From positions 1,116,001-1,180,000 of the forward strand of contig JAYWIR010000022.1 of the NCBI GenBank assembly GCA_036172245.1: a stretch of DNA of 64,000 bases, read 5' to 3'. The notes beneath the pieces are model-generated. The model was not told the origin of the DNA and made no database searches. It saw only the letters and a program-made list of their open reading frames with translations. Every line of letters starts with the position of its first letter. Position 1 is the first letter of the stretch. The position numbers were made by a program, and so were the translations under genes. Source of the stretch: Raillietiella orientalis. Its lineage: Eukaryota. Of this stretch, positions 27,180-45,483 are shown piece by piece.

Positions 27180-30100
27180 TGAGCAAACAAACAAAACTGG
27201 AGTTTGGATCCCGAGCAATGGATATTGATAGTAAGGTAATTACAGACGCAGTTAACTTAGATGCTGGCTATATGCTCTCTTCTCAACTGACTATGGAGGA
27301 GCAATCTGGAAACAGTATGGATATAACTTTTTACGCACCAGCAGTAAACCGGCGCTTAGTCTGTGAGATCCTGCACAAACAAATACTCATTAAAGCCTCA
27401 GAGTCTGAGCAGCCAAGGGCAGGAAACAGGAGATCTGGATCTTCATGACCTCTCACACCTGCATTTGGATCTCCAACAAATTCCAGATCAAAAGAAAAGA
27501 AATTCAACGAGACAGAGACCCTCCTATATTCCAACAGTCTGCTGTACGCTGACAGGAAGAGAAACACACTTCTTATTTCAGTACAAGTACCAATTAGGCA
27601 CAGAGTGACATCTACCAAGACACCTCAAAGGTAACTAAAGGTGATATTGAATGTTGCAAGCGGTTTTATAACCCCATTTGGGAACACCTTTCATCGAGCG
27701 AGCTAGAAATGGCCAATGCATAGAGACGATTCCAGAAGACAGAGATGCATACGGATCTGGTTTACCTCTAGGAGACGTAAGAGAAAGAGTCGTATGAAGA
27801 AGAGGTGCTAATCTAAGAGCCGCACCGAAGTCAGTGCCTCAAGGAGGAAACGGAGCCGTACTCTCCGTAACAAACTTCAATGCGCAGCATGATGGGAACA
27901 TTCACGTCCACCCTGAGAAGTATCCTCATTCCCTAGAAAAATGTAAACGGACATACGGATATCGAGAAGAGAAAGGCAATCATGCAGCTGAACTCAGTGG
28001 TAGCAGATGATACTCCTCCAGGACTCAGATTTATTATCACAGGCAAGCAGGAGCTGGAACAAACTCCCGAAGTTCAATTGCTAATCAGCACGAGCACCAA
28101 ACACTGAAGGAGAACAGCCAATCTAATACTAAAAGAGTTCCTGCGGAACCCTTGGAACGTTTTGATGCAAGCGATGGGCGCATCGTTGAAGTTAGGACGT
28201 TCAAGCACTGCACCAACTCCTTTTTCCTAGTGACTGCACCTTTTAGGCTGCACCTGATAAATCCCGCGCTCGAGCTCTTCAGAACCTACTCAGGAGCCAA
28301 TGCACAGCAAAAGACATGCAAATCATCGTGGAGAGCCCTGATTGGGAATCTGAACTCTACGAGGCACTGAGATCAGCAGGGTGCGAACAGCGATCGGTAG
28401 TTAGCAGAAGTCGTCCTGAAATGACTGAATGCGAGCACTGCACCAGTCGACTGTCCTTTTCACACGGAGGACCATGAGAGGATACCAGACATTGGACTTT
28501 GCGGCAAAGATACGAAAAGAAACAAACCTTCCGAGCTTCTCGCGCTCCTCATACTGGACACAACAACACCCAAGGAAACATGTGGACAGAAGCGTGAAGG
28601 CGGAAATTAGTGTCTTGAAGAGAGAAAGCACATTCGCGCGCATTTTCCGCTTCCGACGCACAGTCAGTAATGAACTGCCGAGAAAATGTGTTCGAAAACT
28701 ACGGGAAACTTCGTTGGAAACATCTGTCCAGAACATAAAGAAATTATTACAAATTACGTACAAAACCATCGTGGGCAAGCAACAACTTCTGGGATATTTT
28801 GCGAAAGAGAAAATCAAAGTAGCATTTTCGGAACTCCGCAGATTCGGACCTGATGGTTTCCCAAACAGTCACTATTAGCGCTCCCCAACTGCCTGTCTGA
28901 GCCTGTTTGGGAAAGGTTGGAAAGCAGGTACTCCACCGGAGAGGTTTCACCGTAGCGGAATGAGATTCCGTCCCGGAGGCAGTGACCACACTTATGTCAC
29001 CCGGTAATGGCCTATCTCCGTACTTGCTACCGGATATGGCTTCAGACCTGATGGTTACCCGTACTTGCCACATTTCAGCCGCCGTGCTACGACCGGATAA
29101 GATCTGGGTCTACCGAATGAGGGCGGTGACTCCCTTTCAAACATCTTCAGTGTCGCAAAAGCACATGAGGAAGGCGTAAAATGCACCCAGACTCTCGAGA
29201 GATCTCCTGCGTCACATCGAAAATGGCATGATGCGTGGTTTCAGCGACATTGACAAAACTTTTGGCATTGTAGATCAAGAAGACCCTGTACAAGTCCAAT
29301 GCTGATCCTACTCTACATGAAGACTGTGTTAGTCTTCACCAAGAGAGACAGCCTCTCAAAGGAATCCAAAAGGAGATGAATGTCTTCCACAGTTGGCTGT
29401 GTCAGCGATCCTCATGAAGAATGGGAACTATCAAGTGGAGTCCCAGAACTTCTTTCATATCATGGAAGCAGGACTGAGCCTAACATCAATGCCCAGAAAA
29501 ATCCTAACCCTTCCCTAACTCCGCCATCCTTACGTCGAAACGGCTTCCAACATTTCCTGCTACCGTCGAGTGATCGAGGATCAACTGTCAAATCTTTGAT
29601 AACTCACGTTGACGACATACGAGTGTCATTAATACATTATAAGGAAATTGGGATGCGTGCGTAAGGAATCGACTGAATAAAGTTGGTTGGACTCCAGCCA
29701 GCAATGAAAGACCAACGGTGGAGCTGGGTATTGAGTCCCCGCATCCCGTTTGCTGCTCCCGTTCACTCCATGAATCCATGCAAAGGAGTCTACAGTATGG
29801 ATGGCACGTTAGAGAAAATACTCAGAGGACGGAATCTGCAGGCAAAGGCTTTCGGTGGTATTGCTCCAGCTCTGCTGCCCGCACTGCGTTCATCTGATGC
29901 CGTACTCGCATCGGGCATTCGGATGGTCCTTCACAGGGAGATAGCTCTCCATTCCTCTTCACAAAGGATTTAAAATGGTCCTTGCAACCATGAACTACGC
30001 TTTTCTTGGTTCAACTAAGCTAGCTGTGAGCAGATCAGGAAAATTTCCGAATCCATCCTACGATCCTCTTTCCCGTGCGTTTCCAGAAGGATACTTTTCG

Positions 30101-30490
30101 AGGTATTCTCTAATGAAACTTTGACTGAAGGTAATGGGTAATTTTTGCAAAATGCACTTAAGGAATGTACCAGCAGCTAACGTTCAGCAGAGGCATGCTA
30201 GTGATTTCTTTGAAGAAAACTATGTACCGAGCAAAGGAATGTGTGCGTTTAACGATGCAGTACTGGATGGACCAGTGAGTTCTCTTGGTTAGGAAACTGC
30301 TCATTCGTTGCGAGCTCTGCCATCATACTTACAAGCAAGGAGCTGCCGAGTTGCTACGATATCACCGGGGAAAACGATTACAAATAGCTGTCACTCTTCT
30401 GTTTAGGGCAAGATTTAATGCTGAGAGCAACATGGAGTCAGGAATCTCAATTTTAAAGTCCTATGAATATTTAATTCTGTGTCTGTAAGA
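27180..30490 (+). mobile_element. Decayed Tx1/L1-like LINE ORF2 (APE-RT-CCHC)
   Basis: ITFYAP (APE, ~27325); EKIKVAF...FGPDGFP (~28810-28862); WPISVLATGY (~29010); DIDKTFGIVD (cf. DFEKAFD, ~29246); THVDDI (cf. YADD, ~29605); RCELC (~30306). Motifs are collinear. Confidence 0.75.
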
Positions 30491-33400
30491 GGCATGAAGA
30501 CTCTCACAGAGATGCTTTCTCATAGAACAATACTCGTAAACTCAAGAAAAGGGCAAGCTTGCACAAGACAAAGTCTTCACTTAGTTTAACAGCAGTTATC
30601 ACAAACTCACTTACAAGGAGATGGGTTTTCCGAAAGTAAGATGAATAAGCAATCGCATCATGATCGGTTTCATTTTTCATTCAGTAATACGCAAGTGCCT
30701 TTCTTTAAAGAAAATATAGAAGCTATTGAACAAGTAAGTAGAAAGAATACTAAAAAGAACTTGAGAATTATTAATAATTTTAAAAAGCACAACAATATCT
30801 CTTGAAAGTTTTGAATACTGCAACCCTTTATGCTTGTAGAGTAGTGAAGTATTTGCAAAAAGTTGGAAATGTAAATCGGAAAAGCAGTTATGGAAACAGC
30901 AGTAATGCTCTGAACATGCGGAAGGATACCTTCTAAGAGTGTTGCCATTATAATTAAGGTTAGCAATGTTTCAGAATTTGTCAATTCATTTAACAGTCCA
31001 TTAGAAAAGCATACCTCAGAACAGTATGACTTGGGAACTTGGGAAATTTGTAAAGGAAGCCGTACTTCCGGTGAGTCCTTCACATGTCATCAGATTAGAT
31101 GGTTTTTGCGATAGCTTGCAATTTTTGATATGCTAAACACACTTAAAATATGGAAGAAAGTGAAACAAACTGGCTTTCCAAATTTGCAATTCCGAAGTAA
31201 TAAATTTTGGGGGCACCTTTATCCACTCTCACAGTACGCTTTTCATTCCATTTTAAAGTGCAACCATCTGAGTATACGGAATCAGCCTGTGGTTTGTTGG
31301 AGCATTGGATTTTTCGGTTCCTTTGGAGAAGGAATTCAAGGGAATATTTATTTAAAAAAAAAAAAAGTGATTCAAAAGTTTTAGATATTATGCTACGTTC
31401 TTTGTGTAAGGAGTAGAGAACATTTCCCGGTTTTTTTCTTTTCTTTTAATGTTACTTCACCCCAAACAGAATACTCATTTACATCCTCTCGATTGTGATA
31501 TGGATCAAGGAAATGGTAGTCCCATCATCCTGCTACCTTAACCACTACCTTTTCCTTTGATCGAATAGAATGTTCTTTTCGTAAAACTTCATTATTTGCT
31601 TGATGAGTTCTCCGCACAGCCCAAATTCAAATAGTAAAAAAAAAAAAAAAATGCGTGCCCAAATCAAATTTTATTACTAGAAAATCAAAGCTCTAATGAT
31701 TACTACACATTCATGATAGGGAAAAACGGTTTATTCGAAATATTATACTTAGATTTATTCAAACCTTGTATTCTATTTGGAAAACAAGCTTACTTTAATG
31801 AGAAGTGATGTTCCGCGTGTCAAGAGAGCATTTTGTAAGGAGTTGTGCTAGACTGATATCAATAAAAGATTGTGATCAAATGTAGGAAAGCAAATATATA
31901 ACAAAACCTGGTTGCAGGTTGTGCTGTTCAATTAAGTAACTGAAATTGGGAAACCATCAGTCAAATAGGATTGCTTATGCAACTGCAAATGTGGTTGTCG
32001 CATGTAAACTCCTTGCTGAGAAGTATTCCTTCCAGAAAAGAAAGAGCATTCCATCCAGAGAATTTTAGAAATAGCCAAAGAATTAGAGCAAAAAGTCAAA
32101 GAACACATCGATGCTAATATTGTGGAACGAACGATAATCCGCATAAATTTCCTAATGGTCTAACTTTATTAAAAGGTCCATGGAAGTTTTCAAAAACTTT
32201 TCTTTCTCAGATAGTTTTCCATGATTTTATGTGGGATAGATGCATTAGGAACCGTTGGAATTCATTTTGCAATACAAAACTGTGGAAGTTTTCTAATCTC
32301 ATCAAGTTAGACGAATAAAGAAATGTACACGAATAAGGCTTCAAATAACGGTGAAGAAATCAAAGTTGAATCTTGATTCCAATAGACATTTTCTCTTGAA
32401 ATAGATTATTCCCTTGCTGTGAAAGTGTAATGCTTTTAGAAATGATGATTTTAGAAGCTACTATCTCAACAAAAATTCCTAAGATCTACATTTTTTTTGT
32501 TTTTAGCCCTGGAAACTTTCAAACCAGTCGAACTCCTCAATATAGATTACAGGGCACAGTTCATTTTTAGTAAGTGAATATTGAATTACTAAATCTGGAT
32601 CAAACATTAGCAATTAAATTACCTGCCCATGTGAAGTCCAGTTACCCATAGCACATAAGATGATCTGCCTTGAAGCTAACATAATGGTAGATTGAAGAAA
32701 TTCAAACGATATAAATCGCATCAAAAAGGAGAAATACTTTCTTTCCTAATACACTTACTAATAAACTTATGCAGTTCATTCAAATCAGTTTGGGAAACGC
32801 CAATCTCATGAAACATTAAGTCCCCAAACTTTCAGTCTGAATGTTAAAATGTTTCCGCCCGTGGAACAAAAGGCTTTTTAAAAGCTCCTTTCCTTTTTTT
32901 TTACATTCTCAGTTAACTAGGATGTAGCTACTTTGTTTTGTAGTATACTGATTGACAGTACTCGTCCTGATCCATTGTAACATGGCATAGAGTTTTTATA
33001 AAATCGACTTGTCCTGAAATACTTTCATTTTTGCATAGATTCTTTATCTTATTCTGTAATTATAAGTGGAAACTAAGTTGGTTCCTGCTTTTCAGTCCAA
33101 AAGCTGTCCGTCCTAAAGGAATCGGAAAAATAAACATTAGCATTAGCTGCTTTTCTCGATTACCAGTACCATCAGTAGTTGAAGTTTCACTCAAGGTATG
33201 TATTCATGAAATACAAATTTACGTGGGTATGTTGCAGCGGTTCCATTTTGGAAATTGCAAAGGTCTCAGAACGCAGTCTTGGCATTCGTGGTTTAACTTT
33301 CGTTTTAATCATATTCGCAACTTTTCTTAATTTTTAATACAATTCATTGCTAGAAATGCCAACCTTAAGATGAAGCTTTGGATTTTTTAATTTTCCAGGT

Positions 33401-34873
33401 GAATAGATCTATAGATTAACAGCTTATTTTTATTTTTTTTCCAAAGTTGTAAGCGTCTGCCAAAGATTTAGCATTCTTCCCAACACTAGAATTAAATTTC
33501 CTAATCACGTAATGCAGACCCTAAATTCAATTCAAGATCTATTTTGCAATGCTTAGATGAAGTCTGCTAAGTATCCAATGTTGATGTCTCACGATTGCGT
33601 TATTTATGCATCCACGTGCGAACACAAACAAAACGGGTTGCCAGCTTATAATGAAGGGTAGACCGATGAGAAATGCAATATTTTAATAGCATTCTCATAA
33701 ACAAGTTGTGTGCTTGTCGGGAGCGGATCCAAGAGTGATATATGAACAAAGCAATGAATAGTTCTGTTTTAATGAAGTGTTCACATTTATGTAACCACTA
33801 CCCTTGTGTAGGCTAAAATTTACTGCTGCGCTTTCTCGTAACGAAAAATCACCGCTGCAATTTCAGCTACACACCCAAATGTTAGGGGGTTGATGCACAC
33901 AAGTAGGTTCTTCTTATGGCGAGAAATAAGCTCAACATTACATATGCTATAGGACTACATCGCTACTGGGTGAAGCTAACTTTTATGGAGAAATAGAATT
34001 TTATTAATTGGAACACTCAAAAGAGGTTACTCTCTAAAGTCTCGTGATTGCTGACAAATAAATAACTTCCATTTACTTTTTAATGTGATCTTGAAAATAA
34101 GCACCAGTGGAATCTTGCTTTCCAAATACCTGCAAAAAATCTGCTTGCTGAATGCTGCGAGCACACGGGAAACTCGCTCCTCTGCTTAAATAAACACACG
34201 GAAACAAATCCGGAAAAGTTTTCAACTCTTCGTTGATGTGTATTCTACCCTTACGTATGTTCCATATCTCGCACGATCCACAAATGCTCGCTTGCGAATC
34301 CCTGAACACACTTTTTCTAATTCTTTCATGTTCAGTCAACCAAGGACAGTTAATCCATTTCTACGCGAAACGCGGGCAATTTGCTTTTAACGATTTCCCA
34401 GTTCAGTGTTACTTTCCAATCGAACAATATCCCGATTTTCGGGCAACTTTCCCCGTAATTAGTAGTGCATGTTACAATGCATCCAAATTTCAACTGAAAT
34501 CTCCTGCTTCTATCAAAATTTTCAAGAAGTCTGGATACTGATACTTTTGGGCAACTCACTTGGAAGGCATCTGTATATAAATGTTGGACAAGCCATAAAG
34601 CACCTATATTTAAATCCAAAATAATTTTCAAGAAGGAATACACCACATGATTTCATTTCCAAATGTAATGCATGCCCAGGCTGCTTACCAAATTGGGTTT
34701 TCTGAATACAAAGCTGCTTCAAGACTTTCTCGGATGAAGTCACCAGAACACTGAACAGCTTATAAGTTAATGTTGCACTTTCATCAATTTTGGAAAGCTT
34801 CATTAAGTTCACTTTATTATTTTAGGCACGATTTTGGTAAAGTTCATTTGCAATCACTTTTGATTCACATTTA

Positions 34874-36133
34874 TCATACAGTAGCTGAAAGTTGTTTAGT
34901 CGATGAAACATTTAGAACTTCTTGTTTATCAACATGAAGCTGCTCGTCTTTCCGTGATCTGCCTAACAATATACCCAAAAAAATCAGCATTCCAAAATAA
35001 GGTTGCTGCTTGAACTTTTTGTAGCAGTTATTTGGGTTATAAATGTCCAAAGTGAGCAATTGATGTGCCAGATAAGTACCAGCACAACCCACTGCTCCAA
35101 AATAGGGCCACGAAAAATGATTACTTATACCAACCCAACCCAATCCTCCCAACAAAAATGCAGAGAAACCAGAAAGCCATCTGATGGTATGAACTCCGAA
35201 TTTTAGCGCAGTAGACTTAATTCCAGCTTTCTGATCATCTGACCAATCCTAAACAAATGTAGACTTCATACATAGGCAAACTAGCTTACTTGCAATGCAT
35301 AAATTGTATCATAGATGATGGTCCAACAAATGCCAGAAATATAAAGTGGGATGCAAATTAACCAGCAGCAACTACCATGAGCAGCTGAGTATCCCATCAA
35401 AATTCCCAAATTGAAAGTGATTCCTAATGCAGCTTGAGGCCAAAAGGTAATCCTTTTAGTAAAAGGATATAAAAGCACAAGTCCTACAAAGAATTCTTGT
35501 TGACCGTGCTCAAGCCCTCACCTAATGAAGAAATGCCCATCACAACTGTGTGCCAGTTCAGCTGCAAAAGAATTTGCGCAGACATACTGAGAAGAAATCC
35601 TAAAACTGCTATAGCATCCCAGGTACTAAGAGCACCTGTTGCCAGTGGTCGGTTTTGACATCTGGTAACCTTTGAGTCCAAATTCTTATCACATAGATCA
35701 TTAATCACACAGCCAGAAGAACGCATCAGCAACGTTCCCATTCCAAATAAGCCCAGCAGGGTGATATCAGGAAGACTGCCAGCAGGTGTGCCTAATGCTA
35801 TTCCCCAAGCACAAGGCCACCAGAGAAGGAGGCTTCCTGAAAAAGGTATTTAGAAATTCTGAAACTCTTGCATACCAGTTTGCTTGTCAGAGCGGATAAG
35901 TTGGAGAACTGGGTTCTTCCTGATGGTTTCAAATGACCATTTTCTGCATTTTTCATCTTGAAATGCAGGTTGGATTATTTGTTTTGCACATACAACAGGC
36001 AACCTTCTGCATGATAACGCTGATTTCATTACATTTCCAAAACACGAGTAAAACTTATGAGAATTCTGTGCCCATCTGCAAAAGATAATAAAAAAGGCAA
36101 ATCAAGAGCTGCAAATGTGACATACATCTCCAT
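34874..36133 (-). CDS. COQ2: 4-hydroxybenzoate polyprenyltransferase (UbiA family), mitochondrial
   Basis: Exons 36133-36126, 36075-35876, 35836-35522, 35483-35290 and 35248-34874, with GT-AG introns of 50, 39, 38 and 41 bp. Spliced protein contains [62 protein letters not shown] and [30 protein letters not shown]. The 8-nt first exon and start codon are inferred. Confidence 0.95.
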
Positions 36134-37605
36134 CTCCTACAGATTTCTTCTATTTCATAACAAAATACATCAACAGTTTCATATTCACTTCCAATTAAAT
36201 TTAAGTTTCGACTTAATTTTTGTTTAAAATCTAACTAATTTTAAATTTCGAATTATTTCATTAAGGTTTTGCATTATTTGAGCTCTTTGTAAATCCCAAA
36301 TAATACACTGACGATACATTAATTGGAATATAAATTTAATCTTACTGAGCCAAGAGCTTTCAACATGCAATTTCACACAAAACATAAATTTGAAAATGCG
36401 GCTCAGATAAAATTTGCTCGGCATATCCGTGTGAGAATCAGATACAATTTTTGAAACTAACAGGGTGATATAATTTAGCACCATCAATTTTTGTTACCAT
36501 CAATTCGAAAATTTCCATGTGTACTTACTTCTGCATTGAACAATCAAATGGGTAACGAACTTTCAAATATTATCAAATGTTCTTATGCTACCAATCTTGT
36601 AGTAGCAACTTTGCAAAAAATTGTAAAAATTCTCATTACATAGAACTAATCGTAAAATCATGGTATCACTCGTTCCTGTGCATGAGGTCAAAGTTGCCAT
36701 GAAGGGTTTCCAATTATAATTCAGGGGCCCCATTTTTTTTGGATTAATCTTCATATTCAGATTATTTTAAGCATTTTTTTACGTGATTTTAAAATTTAGA
36801 CTCCATTTTTGGGATGAATCTTTCTGCTCTGTTTCCAATACATGGAATTTTGTTAATTCCAGGGTGAATGAGTAACTACTTATCGTCAAGTTTTCTTCTT
36901 AATATTACCAGCCTATAACATCTACTGTTTTGGTATTTTTATCAAATCCTTGAAGATTGTTCTGTAAACTCTTTGCAGGAAATTGCAAAGTGTTGAACAA
37001 TGTACTGTTTGCTCTTCTGATACTACTATCAAAGCACAAAAACCATGCTTACAATAGTGAAATATTTAACGTAACAGATTCATCCCAACTGTTTGAGATG
37101 AATTGAAACGGAAACTTTAGAATCACGGTTGCTTGAGAGTATTTAATCCCATTTCGCGGTCTTGAAATTTGCGGTTTGATCTTCCCAATGTGTTGAAATA
37201 AGGATGCTTCGGGGATATTTAAGAATCACGGAAACTCGGATCCATGCCTGTCTAATGGGTCCTTCAAGGAAACCTGGCATTCCGGCGTGCGCGCTCCGCC
37301 TTCCAACATTGATGTGCTGTGCAGCGGGAAGTTGAAAGGTGTTAAGGGAATCAAAAGTAGCTTTCTGTTTATTCCCTCGTTACCTACATGTGAATGTAAG
37401 GAACCTGTGTATGATGATCATGCAGTCCCTTATGTAACGGTCCCTTTCTTGGGATATTCTAGAGACACATAAAAGCTTTACGTCTAAAACAACTAGCAAA
37501 GTCGGCTACATGAAGCCTATGCATAGGGAATGTGTATGAATCATTTGCTTTTCTATTGATTAAAATGCGAAAGGGCAGCAAAAAAACACGCAAATATGAA
37601 TAATT
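36134..37605. promoter_or_regulatory. Divergent (probably bidirectional) promoter region between COQ2 and BLM, with an E2F-like site
   Basis: The two genes are head-to-head. TTTCGCGG (E2F consensus TTTSSCGS) at 37152-37159 is next to CTTGAA (CHR-like) at 37161. AGAATCACGG occurs twice (~37119, ~37222) and there is a CpG-rich patch at 37281-37300. Confidence 0.45.
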
Positions 37606-44366
<6,761 letters not shown>

Positions 44367-45483
44367 ATCCTATAAGCATATTTAGAAAAAATATTTTTAT
44401 GTATTTATTTAGAACCTAAAATGCATATATCCTAGTTTATTAGAAAAATAAATCGACAAATGCTTGTCTTATTTTCGTACCTGTTCTGAATTTTTCGGTG
44501 CATGGTATCCGTATTTTTCGAAATAACTATGCATGTTACTTTTTATCCATTATACCATGATTTTCATTTATATAGTTTTCATTGCCCGTTGTTATTTGAA
44601 GCATTTTAAAAATTTATTTTGTCATTTCAATAAGCCCCCGAGTATTGATATAGTTGCATGCCAAATGAGGGAGAAAAACTGCATAATTGATGGAATTTTT
44701 ATTCTCTGGAGAGTTTAGGTGCTTCGGAAATATGTGCGATATTTTATTTTAAATAAATGAGCATTGTGAGCATTACTCCATGTAATGTGCAAATGATGCA
44801 GGTATAATTTACGTACGTTATATAAATATCGGTCTTAAGTCATCCAGGAAGGGGGATAGTGTTTCATGTATCGTTGATTTTATCATCATATTAAATAACA
44901 TTTATCAAGGGGATCGTAGATATTCAGTATTAATGTTTCTTGTGTACGTTTGTTAATTACAAAATTGTTCCATCAAAAAATTTTCAAGTGAATAAGAATC
45001 TTCATTAATGTGCAGATGGCAGCGCTTTGTTGGAAATGCAAGTCAATATTTTTTTGAAACATTTTTTTGTGTGTGTGTTTTAATAACTGGACTAACGAGC
45101 AGGCCACGAATGTGTCCAAATTCATTTGGAAGCAGCGCAGTACTTCGTATAAGTTTCTGCTTTCCTGTTTCGAGAATCTTGACTATCATGACCTGAAGAT
45201 GTAGTAACAACACAATCCGCCGTGTATAGTTCATATGGTGTTTCAATACACGTACGTGTGTGTGTCCAACTGACGGTCTTTCATTTCGTTGCGTACACGC
45301 AGTCGTAGTGTCGTTCGCTGATGGTGTTCTCAACATATCTGCATTTGTCCAAGGGCAAGTGTCTCCGTGTGCTTGTCGTCATTACATTAAATAAAGAAGT
45401 GTTCCGAAGTATGTATAGGATTTTATTTTAATGGTGGCATCCTCTTGGGAATCCTAAGCAAATTTCTCATTTTATTTTTTTGA

